The position numbers and the translations under genes are program-made. A stretch of DNA of 41,571 nucleotides, taken from assembly GCA_051382335.1 (NCBI GenBank), contig JBBCAX010000077.1, forward strand, positions 1 through 41,571, read 5' to 3'. The notes below the pieces were generated by a model, which did not search any database, was not told the DNA's origin, and worked only from the letters and a program-made list of their open reading frames with translations. Shown here one piece after another: positions 9,146-18,118 of the stretch. The stretch comes from Deltaproteobacteria bacterium TL4. GTDB lineage: Bacteria > SAR324 > NAC60-12. Position 1 is the stretch's first letter; every line of letters begins with the position of its first letter.

Positions 9146-10819
9146 ATGATGAAAATTTTATACTACGCAATAGGAATCTTTCTGCTCTTCTGTGGCATGA
9201 CCCTCAGTGCCTCCGCACAGCAGGAAAATACTCAAATGCAGCCTCCTGCGGCTGAGGCAGAGGGTTGGGGAAATGAAGAGGGAGAGCTAAAGGACAGTAA
9301 GGTAAAAGAAAATGCTGCGGCAGAAGGCTGGGGTGATGCGACCGATGTAAAAGAAAGCGCTAAGGAAGAAGGCAAAGGCGAAGAGACGGAAGCAGAGCGT
9401 TCGGCCAATGCCGGAGCTTCTGGAGAAGGAGAAGAACCCGCGACCGCACCCAAGATGCAGTTGCCCTTTCATGGATTCTTGCGAACGACTATTGCCCACC
9501 ATACGTCTGATGAAGCAGAACCCAAGGGCTTCAGTTCTGCTCAAGTTGCGCTTGAACTTGAGTATGACCAAAGCTTCCTGAAAGATTATCGCTTTCACTT
9601 TGTGGGACAGATCTTTCACGATTTTGTCTATGAAATCGAAGGGCGTGATCTTTATTCTTCCGAGGAACTGGACGAGTTTGAAGATGGCGGAGAGGTCAAA
9701 GAACTTTGGTTTTCTTATCGGGGCGAAGCCTTTAATCTGAGCCTGGGACGTCAAATTGTGGTTTGGGGAGAAGCGGACGGATTGGCGGTCACCGATTTGA
9801 TCAATCCCAGAGACCAGAGTTTGTTGTTCTTTAAAAGTCTGGAGGATTCCCGCTTGAGCGTTGGCATGACCCGCTTGAACTATTATTGGGGAGAAAATAC
9901 CCTCTCCTTCATAGTCATCAGTGAGTTCCGTCCCAACCGCATGCCCCCCCCAGGTTCAGAATTCGATTTTCGACCGGCTTTGCTCCAAGCCTTCAGTCAG
10001 TTTCCCTTTGGCGTCGAAATCGGGAATCATCTGGCACCTGAATATGATGAGAAAACCCGTGAGACCCTGGAGACTGACGCTGTAAATTCTCTGAAAACAC
10101 CCGAATGGGGAATCCGCCTGGTGATGCCGGGAACCGGTTATGACATCAGCTTCATGGCGGCCAGTCTGTTTGATGATGACTTTGTTTTTCAAGTCGGAGA
10201 CACTACGTTTTCATCCGGATTTCTCAACAAAATGAAGCTGGATCTCGTTCATGAACGTTTCAACATGTTTGGCATGACGTTCAATAAACTCATTGATGCG
10301 TTCGTTTTCAAAGCGGAAGTTGCCTATTATCAGGACAAATCCTACAATGTGCTCAATCAGGGGCTCTTCACCCAAATTGATCCCAGTACCATGGCTCCCA
10401 GTTTCCTGATGAACCCAAACCTGGCTGAAACGCTTTTCTTAATTAAAAAGCAGAATGTGGTCAATACCGCAATCGGGTTTGACTACACTTATAGCGATCA
10501 GTTATCGGTGTTGTTTCAGCAGCAGTATCAGCAAATTCTGGAGTATGAAAATGACCTGTTGGCTGAGGAAGAAGTCTCTATTACCTTTGTCAACTTTGCC
10601 TTTTCTTTTATGAATGATCAACTGAAGCCTGGCTATGCGGTATTTTATATCGGAGAGGATGACGATTACCTCCATAAAGCCAAAATCACTTATGAAACCA
10701 CGATGGGCATTAATGTCTCTTTCGGAGTGGATCTCATCGTTCCCTCCGATGAGGAGAGCCGAGTGGGTCAGTTCCGAGAGGCCTCACGTCTCTGGACTGA
10801 AATCAAATATAGCTTTTAG
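9146..10819 (+). CDS. DUF1302-like outer-membrane beta-barrel protein
   Basis: Signal peptide; LSLGRQIVVWGEADG..VTDLINPRD motif; C-terminal barrel signature WTEIKYSF. Confidence 0.85.
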   Translation: MMKILYYAIGIFLLFCGMTLSASAQQENTQMQPPAAEAEGWGNEEGELKDSKVKENAAAEGWGDATDVKESAKEEGKGEETEAERSANAGASGEGEEPATAPKMQLPFHGFLRTTIAHHTSDEAEPKGFSSAQVALELEYDQSFLKDYRFHFVGQIFHDFVYEIEGRDLYSSEELDEFEDGGEVKELWFSYRGEAFNLSLGRQIVVWGEADGLAVTDLINPRDQSLLFFKSLEDSRLSVGMTRLNYYWGENTLSFIVISEFRPNRMPPPGSEFDFRPALLQAFSQFPFGVEIGNHLAPEYDEKTRETLETDAVNSLKTPEWGIRLVMPGTGYDISFMAASLFDDDFVFQVGDTTFSSGFLNKMKLDLVHERFNMFGMTFNKLIDAFVFKAEVAYYQDKSYNVLNQGLFTQIDPSTMAPSFLMNPNLAETLFLIKKQNVVNTAIGFDYTYSDQLSVLFQQQYQQILEYENDLLAEEEVSITFVNFAFSFMNDQLKPGYAVFYIGEDDDYLHKAKITYETTMGINVSFGVDLIVPSDEESRVGQFREASRLWTEIKYSF

Positions 10820-10825
10820 GAGGCT

Positions 10826-11389
10826 ATGGAGGATAAGGAAAAATATATTTTAGATGTATCTCGAGAGCATTTCATGCGATATGGTTATCGAAAAACCTGC
10901 CTGGATGACATCGCGCGAGATGCTAAAATCAGCAAAGGGACCATCTATAATTATTTTAAAAACAAGGAGGATCTGTTCCTTAGATTTGTGGAGGTGGAGT
11001 TCACAGGAATTTTGGAACAGATCTATGCTCTGGTCAAAGCAGAACCCGATCCTGAGAGGCAACTCATTAACTATGCCTCTGGCCTGATACGAGTCATCCG
11101 TGGTTTTTTTAGCTCACATGGAACCACTCTTGGGATTGTTAGAGAATTGCAAGAGACCTATGAATCGCTTAAGATGGAACGTCATCATGAACTGGTATTT
11201 ATTGAAATGTTTCTCAAAAATGGGATTCAGCAGGGAATTTTCAAGGACCATGATCTTTCGGCTACCGCCTCCTTAATTTCCCAAATTCTCTCTCAATTTA
11301 TCATTCGCTGGATGGCGATGGAAGAAATCCAGGCCGAAGCGGAAATGAGGGCACTGTTCCAACTGTTGTTCGCTGGAATCAGAAAATAG
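10826..11389 (+). CDS. TetR/AcrR-family transcriptional regulator
   Basis: N-terminal HTH FMRYGYRKTCLDDIARDAKISKGTIYNYFKNKEDL. Confidence 0.95.
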   Translation: MEDKEKYILDVSREHFMRYGYRKTCLDDIARDAKISKGTIYNYFKNKEDLFLRFVEVEFTGILEQIYALVKAEPDPERQLINYASGLIRVIRGFFSSHGTTLGIVRELQETYESLKMERHHELVFIEMFLKNGIQQGIFKDHDLSATASLISQILSQFIIRWMAMEEIQAEAEMRALFQLLFAGIRK

Positions 11390-11553
11390 ACGACACTTTT
11401 CAAATTCCAGTTTACGAATTCATCTCGTGATGTGGCTCTGCCGCATTTCAACGATCGTGCTTCTACCTCACAGACCAGTTCTCTTCTTTCTCTTTAAAAC
11501 CTCCACTTATTGAGAAGTTACCTTTTATATTGTCAATGACTATTATATGTGAA

Positions 11554-11576
11554 AAACTGTCTAAAAATGACAGTTT
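11554..11576. promoter_or_regulatory. Inverted repeat upstream of abiEi, candidate autoregulatory operator
   Basis: Perfect 8-bp IR AAACTGTC-taaaaat-GACAGTTT, 30 nt before the ATG. AbiEi antitoxins are known to bind promoter IRs. Confidence 0.55.
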
Positions 11577-11606
11577 CATGCAAAACAATAGTTTTTAAAA
11601 TGGCTT

Positions 11607-12236
11607 ATGTTTCCTTTAATTGAAAACATCTATCAGACCTTACCATTTGATTTTTTTACTGATACAGAATTGCTCCGTCTTATTCCAGGCTCAGATGCTT
11701 CCCGGCACGGTATCATCAAACGGGCTCTTGCCAAAAAAGATTTGATCCGTATACGGCGAGGTCTTTACTGTTTAGGGGAATCCTGGAAACGGAAACCGCT
11801 AAACCTCTTTGCACTAGCGCACCGTTGTTATGGTCCGTCTTACATTAGTATAGAATCCGCTCTGTCTTTTCATGGACTTATTCCTGAAGCCGTATACACG
11901 ATAACCAGTGTTTGTTTAAAACGAAGCATCGAGTTTCATAGTCCAATCGGAATATTTGCTTTCACCGGTCACTCACGTTTCACGATGAAAGGGGTCGAAC
12001 GGATCCTTATGGAGACCTTTCCTGTTCTGATGGCAACTCCCGCAAAAGCGATTTTAGACTATGTCCAAGTGTATAAAAAAGATTGGACAACCATTGAACC
12101 TTTAATTAAAAGTCTAAGGGTTGATGAAGAAGATCTTTCACAAATTCCTTTTGATGATTTTTCTGAATTACTCCCTTTTTACAAAAACCAGTGTATTCAT
12201 CGTTTAGTGCATAGTCTTCAAAAAGAGTTAACCTGA
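11607..12236 (+). CDS. abiEi: Type IV TA antitoxin, AbiEi family
   Basis: LIRIRRGLY wHTH wing, PSYISIESALSFHGLIPE, ATPAKAILDY; TGATG overlap with the toxin gene. Confidence 0.88.
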   Translation: MFPLIENIYQTLPFDFFTDTELLRLIPGSDASRHGIIKRALAKKDLIRIRRGLYCLGESWKRKPLNLFALAHRCYGPSYISIESALSFHGLIPEAVYTITSVCLKRSIEFHSPIGIFAFTGHSRFTMKGVERILMETFPVLMATPAKAILDYVQVYKKDWTTIEPLIKSLRVDEEDLSQIPFDDFSELLPFYKNQCIHRLVHSLQKELT

Positions 12237-13087
12237 TGAGTGCAGACATCGTCCAAAATGAACTTAAACGCTATGCGCCGAAATCGATTCAAGAAGAGGA
12301 GATGGCCATTCGAGAAATCTCACAGGAGTTGATTCTCTCAGGTTTGGAAAGGGCTGGATTTTTTAGGGTTGCGGAATTTCAGGGGGGTACCTGCTTGCGG
12401 ATTTTTCATGGGTTACAACGCTTTTCAGAAGATCTTGATTTTGCGTTATCTGTCCCTGATCCTGAATTTAAGTGGAGTCCCTATCTTAAACGCCTGGAAG
12501 AAGAGGTTAAGGTTTATGGTTATAGAATTCAGGTAAATGATCGCTCGAAAGTTGAACAGAGCATAAAACAAGTGTTTATTAAGGAAAATTCGATTGGAAA
12601 TATCTTGAAACTGGAATATCCGTCGATAGCCAATCGGCCTATTCGTATCAAACTGGAGGTTGATATCAACCCACCGATTGGCGCATTAACAGAGACTTTG
12701 TTTTTAAACTTTCCCACGATCAGCAGCGTCACTGTTCAAAATGCGCAAACGTTATTTTCCGGAAAGATTCATGCCTTATTATGCCGCAAATGGGAAAAAG
12801 GCAGAGATTGGTATGACTTCCTTTGGTATCTCAACCGAAAAACAGAAGTGAATTGGAATTTATTATCACAGGCGTTGAAACAAATGGGACCTTGGGCAAA
12901 ACAAGAGGTTAAGGTCAATAAGCAATGGTTAGAAATACAACTGGAAAAACGGATTTCGGAAATAGATCTCGAAATCGCCAAAGAGGACATTATCCGCTTT
13001 CTTAAGCCCCATGAAATCCAATCCTTACACTATTGGAATAAGGAATTCTTCCTTCATGCCCTCGAAAAGTGGTCTATGGTTCAATAA
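12236..13087 (+). CDS. abiEii: Type IV TA toxin, AbiEii/AbiGii nucleotidyltransferase
   Basis: FQGGTCLR, RFSEDLDF, IKLEVD, GKIHALLCR and KGRDWYD motifs. Confidence 0.93.
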   Translation: MSADIVQNELKRYAPKSIQEEEMAIREISQELILSGLERAGFFRVAEFQGGTCLRIFHGLQRFSEDLDFALSVPDPEFKWSPYLKRLEEEVKVYGYRIQVNDRSKVEQSIKQVFIKENSIGNILKLEYPSIANRPIRIKLEVDINPPIGALTETLFLNFPTISSVTVQNAQTLFSGKIHALLCRKWEKGRDWYDFLWYLNRKTEVNWNLLSQALKQMGPWAKQEVKVNKQWLEIQLEKRISEIDLEIAKEDIIRFLKPHEIQSLHYWNKEFFLHALEKWSMVQ

Positions 13088-13098
13088 CATTTTGCACC

Positions 13099-13292
13099 TA
13101 TAGATGTTCATTTAAATAAATTCAGAAAACTCATCCTGTTACGAGATCCGTTTAAACAACGCTGTTTCAGGAGTGCCAAAGCTTGCTTTGGCCAGAAAGG
13201 CGAAGGCCTTTCTTGGAATTTGGCCAAAGCAAGCTTTGGCACTCCACCGTCTGGGTTAGACTTAAATGAATTTATTTAAATGAACGTCTATA
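13099..13292. mobile_element. MITE-like element: 26-bp TIRs with TA ends around a perfect 25-bp REP-like doublet
   Basis: TATAGATGTTCATTTAAATAAATTCA (13099-13124) vs TGAATTTATTTAAATGAACGTCTATA (13267-13292), 1 mismatch. Inner GGAGTGCCAAAGCTTGCTTTGGCCA (13170-13194) with its exact reverse complement at 13221-13245. Confidence 0.85.
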
Positions 13293-13492
13293 TTTCATTT
13301 TTCACTTCCCTAATTCATTTATAAAAAACAGCCTCCTCAATTGTTACCCTGCCGAGGAATGAAAACGCTGAAGGAATGGGATTGAAAACTCGAGGTAATA
13401 ATGTAAGGTAATGTGAAAAAATATATTTTATACAAACTTTTTAAAAGGGTTGTTGTCGTAGAGCGTGGTATGGAAACAAGAATTGTAACTTT

Positions 13493-16396
13493 ATGCGGAG
13501 GCCTCCTCAAATGTCCAGTTCCTTTAACATTCTGATCGTCGATGATTCTCGTATTAGTTTGACGTTGGTTGCGGAGTATTTGTCTGAATATACGGTACAA
13601 TGTGTCACTAGTGCGGAAGAGTGCTTGAAAATTTTCGATCCCAAAATACAGGACCTGATTATTACGGATTTGGTCATGCCAAGACTCAATGGTTTGCAAT
13701 TGCTGCAGAAGATTCATGAAAAAGATGCGGAGTTTCCTGTCATTGTCCTGACTTCATCGGATAATATCAAGCAGGTGGATGCTCTTTTTGAAGCAGGAGC
13801 TTATGAGTATTTACAAAAGCCGTTGAATCGGGCTGCCCTGTTGTTTTCTGTAAAACGTTTGCAAAAAGATCAGGAGTTGGCAAAACAAAAGGAACGCCTG
13901 CTTCGCGAAAAGGCCATGCAAACTAAAGAGTTTATGGTCAATTTGAATCAATCGCTGGATGCTAAAATTCAGGAAATTCTTCTGCAAGTGACCACGCTTT
14001 CTCGATTGTATACTGAAGACTTAACAGAATTTCAACGGCAACAAATGGAGGGTATCCAGAATATCACGCTGTTTTCGGGCTTCAATGCCTTGGATTTACG
14101 TTTGATTGCACGAGAGTTGACCTTGCTTTCGTTTGAAAAAGGCTGTGATTTATTGAGCATCGGTGAGGAGGTGGAGCAGGTTTTATTTATCAAAAACGGA
14201 GTGGTCGATGTGCTTGTGGGCGGAGACCGTGTAGCACAACGAGGTCCTGGGGATTCGCTTGGAGAGATGTCCTGTCTCTCTGGAAATTTCCTCGCGACAG
14301 CAACGGTGAGAGCCCTGACACCTTGTGAAGTTTGGGGCATTGATAGAAACGCTTTCACGGAACTGCTGAGTCGCATTCCAGAATTGCGTTTTAAAATGTT
14401 TCAGGTGGTTACAAACCGTCTCGAACAAACGAGCCTGCGCATGGGGGAAATTTTTAAACATGTGCCGCATGGAATCATCAAGATAACTCTCGATGGAGTC
14501 ATCAGTAACGAATTTTCATCACAAAGTACGAGTTACTTAGGCCTTGATCAATTGTCAGGAAGGGCCTTGGGCCCGTTACTTTTTGCGGAAAATGAAAATT
14601 TGCTAACCCAATGGAATCAGGTGTTTCAATTGATTGCTCAGAGTTCGCTGAGTGTTAGTGACGCACTCAGTCAATTGCCTACGGAAGTCATGTATCTTCA
14701 TCCTAAAGGCGAAATGCGTACCTTTCAACTGTTCTACTACCTGAACCGGAGCACTGCGGGAACCATCACCGGAGTGGATGTGTGTATTGACGATGTGACT
14801 GAACAACGGGCACATCAACAAGAACTTTCCTCAGTGCATAACCTCTTAATGAACTTGGACGATCTTTTGATCCTGTTTGATGCCAAAACAGGAGCGATAA
14901 TTCAAGAAACCTTCAGTTACTCTCATTTGGGGAAAGTTCATTTTTCTTCTTGGACTGAGCTGAAAGAACAATCTTTTTTTGATCTGGTCTTGTCTCACCA
15001 AGAAGAAAAATTGACGCTTCACATGAACCGTTGGTTGAAAATGATAAGTGATCCCTTTTCACTAAACCTTATGTCTGCGGCAGAGTTGCTGGAATTAGCT
15101 CCTTCTTTTCGCATTGAAACGGACACTGGACAAATGGTGGAAATCTCTTTTATGATCCGAACTGATATTCCTGGACCTTACTCTGAAATTCTCAGTATCT
15201 TCAAATTCATTGAAGAGGATTCCTCCACCGAAGATGTGAGCATTTCTTATTCGACCATTAAGCTGATGGATGAATTGAGAGCAGTGGAATCGGAAAAACC
15301 TCAAGAGTTACGTGAAGTATTGGATGAGATGTGTACTCTGCTGGAAGTCGTCCAGAATCGTATGGGAAGCAGTACCTCTTTTGTTAAGTATCTTCACGAA
15401 ATTGCGAGAAATATTCACTCAATAAAAGGGTTGGGGCAGTCCTTTAAGTTGCAAACGATTGCGGAGGTTTCACATGCTGTGGAAGATATGCTGCAGCAGG
15501 CGTTGCATGATGTGGAAAACGCCAGTATGCATCCTCGCTTGATGGAATCGCTCAAATTGCTGATGGAGTTAATCGTAATTTCAAAAAGTGTATGCGGTTC
15601 TGAAAAAAACGTGAACTCCCTGGCAGAGCGACAGCGGCCTCATGAAATAGCCATTCCCGTTGAGGTGTTTTCACAACTCAAACGGAATTTAGATCAATTG
15701 GTCATCGAAAAGAATGAGGCTTGGTTTGATTCAGGCGACCTGGAAGCCTTTCACCTGATTAAAACAAAAATACTGGCTCTGGATTGTATTTTGCTGGCAA
15801 ATGTTTTTCCCCGATTGCAGCAAATTGCGGAAGACTTGGGAAGGGGGTTGCGCAAAGAAGTCCGTTTACGGTTCCAGTCGGATTGGGAGGTGTCTTTAAA
15901 TGTCCATGTGGGACAAACCCTGCATAGTTTATTGATTCAAATGGTCAAGAATGCTGTCTGTCATGGAATCGAAATCGCTCAGGTTCGAAAATTAATGAAG
16001 AAAAATCCGGAAGGGACGGTGTTTGTGGAAGTGACCAAAGAGCCGGGGACTCTGTGTCTTACTGTTCGGGATGATGGTCAAGGCATTGACCCACAAGAAA
16101 TTCTGGAAAAAGCTGTACAGTTGGATATGCTAGACCCTGAAAAGGCGATTACATTGTTGAAAGAGAAAAAGTTTACTGAAATTTTAGACTTCTTGTTTTT
16201 ACCCGGATTGAGTACAGCACAATCGGTTTCTTTAATTTCGGGAAGGGGTGTTGGCTTAGAAATTGTGAAGACAGAAATCACTAAATTGGGGGGATCGGTG
16301 TCAATCGAATCCGTTCTTGGCCAGGGAACCCGATTCATCATGCACCTTCCTCTGGAACCCAATCAGATTAAATTAGTTCCTAGTCACCGTACTTAG
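13493..16396 (+). CDS. CheA-like hybrid kinase: REC - cNMP-binding - PAS-like - HPt - HATPase, no CheW domain (true start may be 13511)
   Basis: ILIVDDS/DLIITDLVMP/YLQKP (REC); LFSGF...GDSLGEMSCL...ATVRA (cNMP fold); HSIKG (HPt); NAVCHGIE, DDGQG, FLPGLSTA, SGRGVGL (CheA-type ATPase). The protein ends right after the ATPase domain. Confidence 0.92.
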   Translation: MRRPPQMSSSFNILIVDDSRISLTLVAEYLSEYTVQCVTSAEECLKIFDPKIQDLIITDLVMPRLNGLQLLQKIHEKDAEFPVIVLTSSDNIKQVDALFEAGAYEYLQKPLNRAALLFSVKRLQKDQELAKQKERLLREKAMQTKEFMVNLNQSLDAKIQEILLQVTTLSRLYTEDLTEFQRQQMEGIQNITLFSGFNALDLRLIARELTLLSFEKGCDLLSIGEEVEQVLFIKNGVVDVLVGGDRVAQRGPGDSLGEMSCLSGNFLATATVRALTPCEVWGIDRNAFTELLSRIPELRFKMFQVVTNRLEQTSLRMGEIFKHVPHGIIKITLDGVISNEFSSQSTSYLGLDQLSGRALGPLLFAENENLLTQWNQVFQLIAQSSLSVSDALSQLPTEVMYLHPKGEMRTFQLFYYLNRSTAGTITGVDVCIDDVTEQRAHQQELSSVHNLLMNLDDLLILFDAKTGAIIQETFSYSHLGKVHFSSWTELKEQSFFDLVLSHQEEKLTLHMNRWLKMISDPFSLNLMSAAELLELAPSFRIETDTGQMVEISFMIRTDIPGPYSEILSIFKFIEEDSSTEDVSISYSTIKLMDELRAVESEKPQELREVLDEMCTLLEVVQNRMGSSTSFVKYLHEIARNIHSIKGLGQSFKLQTIAEVSHAVEDMLQQALHDVENASMHPRLMESLKLLMELIVISKSVCGSEKNVNSLAERQRPHEIAIPVEVFSQLKRNLDQLVIEKNEAWFDSGDLEAFHLIKTKILALDCILLANVFPRLQQIAEDLGRGLRKEVRLRFQSDWEVSLNVHVGQTLHSLLIQMVKNAVCHGIEIAQVRKLMKKNPEGTVFVEVTKEPGTLCLTVRDDGQGIDPQEILEKAVQLDMLDPEKAITLLKEKKFTEILDFLFLPGLSTAQSVSLISGRGVGLEIVKTEITKLGGSVSIESVLGQGTRFIMHLPLEPNQIKLVPSHRT

Positions 16397-16432
16397 ATAT
16401 ATCATCATAACCTGAGATTCGTAAGGACCTCT

Positions 16433-18085
16433 ATGTCAAATTTAATTGATCTGAATGCTGTTGATACCAAAAATTTTCTCAAGGCTTATGGCTTGACGCA
16501 GGAAAAATTTGAAAAACTCTTGGACCTCATCCATTACGGGAGTCAGGAATATTATCAGTCAGAAGAGGCGGTTCAGCAGGTTTATGAGACACTGCAAGAG
16601 TTTGATTCCAAAGACGCCAATCCCTCATTTGATAAAGCCTATTTAAAGAAAAAACAGGATTGGGAGCCCATCCAAAATATGAGATCCGGTGATCGGGGGT
16701 ATGTCAGCCGATACTTAATTTCCTGCCTCCCCAATGCTTGTCGGGAATTGTATACCCAACAGATCGAACCTCGCTTGATCGCTAACTCAAAAACTCAGCA
16801 TTTAACTCATGTGGCGCTGGATCTTTCCCATGAATTCACCACGTTAATACTGATAACCAACCTCCCCGGCTACTTTCAGTTTCTCGATTTGTTGGGCAAC
16901 TATAAATCCGGCGTTTTCAAAAGCCTAAGACTCCAATACCTGAATTTTATTGAAACCCGAACGATCCATCTGATAGCGCTCTTTTTGAAAGAGTGTTATG
17001 ACGATTTAAACCTGTTGGATCACGCCTTCTTGGGGGCGCCTCATTCCGGAGCATGGAGTAAGATAAACGAGGTCATCCTCTCTTTATCCAAACGTGCAGA
17101 CGCTCATCATCATGCCCCCTTCAACGTAAAAACAATTAATGATCTTCGAACCATTTACATTGCTCTTTTTAATATTGCGATGGTCGTTTTAGAATCCAGA
17201 GGCAAGGTTCCTCTGGAATTACGGCGTCTGCTGACAGTGATTCCTGATCATCTTGATTTTACAAGGGAAGGATTGCAGAGAGATCGAGCCTGGAACCTCT
17301 ATCAGGAACATCATTTTCTGTTTATGAGTGTCCCTCCAGAGCGTCGTCAGCAATTTGAATCTTGTCTCAAAGGGTTGACACCTCAACAACGAGTGATGTG
17401 GATGGGATGTTTGGGTAAAGAAGAAATACGCGCGTTGATTGCTCCTATGACTTCAGAACCAAAACGTTTTACGAATCTGGTCTCAATTTGTGAGCAAATC
17501 AATGTTGAAAATAGAGAAGATACCTTTTTTAGTTCCAGAGTGTATGAGATCGCTCAACAGGTATACCAGATCCATTTGAAACAACATCCTGAGACGCCTG
17601 AAGCTTTGCATCAGCGCTTTTCAGAAAAGACCGCACTTCCCGATATAAAAAAAGAAGAGCCCCCCTTTCAAAAAACACACACTTCCTCAGCAGCGCCCTC
17701 TTTTTCTGAGGAATTGAGAAATCGGGTGTATCTTGTGGTGGATGATTCTGAAAGAATCAGAACAATGACCATAAAAGTCTTACAGAACGCTGGAATTCAT
17801 ACCATTTACAGTGCGACTCAAGGTCAAGAAGCATGGGAGCTCATTCAAAAACATAGCATAGATATTGTGCTTTGTGATTGGTTGATGCCTCTCATGAGTG
17901 GGCTTGCGTTATTAAAAATCATCATGGATTCCCCCTATCAAAAATCCATTACGTTTCTCATGTTGACAACGGTGGATGATAAAGCCTCCATTGTCGAAGC
18001 CATCAGTCTGGGAGCCAAGGGGTACTTGATCAAACCCTTTACTACTCAGCAACTATTCACTCAGATTATGAAAGCCATTGCGTAA
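16433..18085 (+). CDS. Response regulator: ~400-aa unknown N-terminal region + C-terminal CheY-like receiver
   Basis: C-terminal LVVDDS...DIVLCDWLMP...MLTT...YLIKPF. Confidence 0.9.
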   Translation: MSNLIDLNAVDTKNFLKAYGLTQEKFEKLLDLIHYGSQEYYQSEEAVQQVYETLQEFDSKDANPSFDKAYLKKKQDWEPIQNMRSGDRGYVSRYLISCLPNACRELYTQQIEPRLIANSKTQHLTHVALDLSHEFTTLILITNLPGYFQFLDLLGNYKSGVFKSLRLQYLNFIETRTIHLIALFLKECYDDLNLLDHAFLGAPHSGAWSKINEVILSLSKRADAHHHAPFNVKTINDLRTIYIALFNIAMVVLESRGKVPLELRRLLTVIPDHLDFTREGLQRDRAWNLYQEHHFLFMSVPPERRQQFESCLKGLTPQQRVMWMGCLGKEEIRALIAPMTSEPKRFTNLVSICEQINVENREDTFFSSRVYEIAQQVYQIHLKQHPETPEALHQRFSEKTALPDIKKEEPPFQKTHTSSAAPSFSEELRNRVYLVVDDSERIRTMTIKVLQNAGIHTIYSATQGQEAWELIQKHSIDIVLCDWLMPLMSGLALLKIIMDSPYQKSITFLMLTTVDDKASIVEAISLGAKGYLIKPFTTQQLFTQIMKAIA

Positions 18086-18118
18086 ATTCAAAAGCAGGAA
18101 TTCGTATGGGAGCTAATC

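Noticed and set aside
13337..13717. 126-aa minus-strand ORF and the many other antisense or alternate-frame ORFs in the track
   Set aside because: They overlap well-supported genes and are shadow ORFs.
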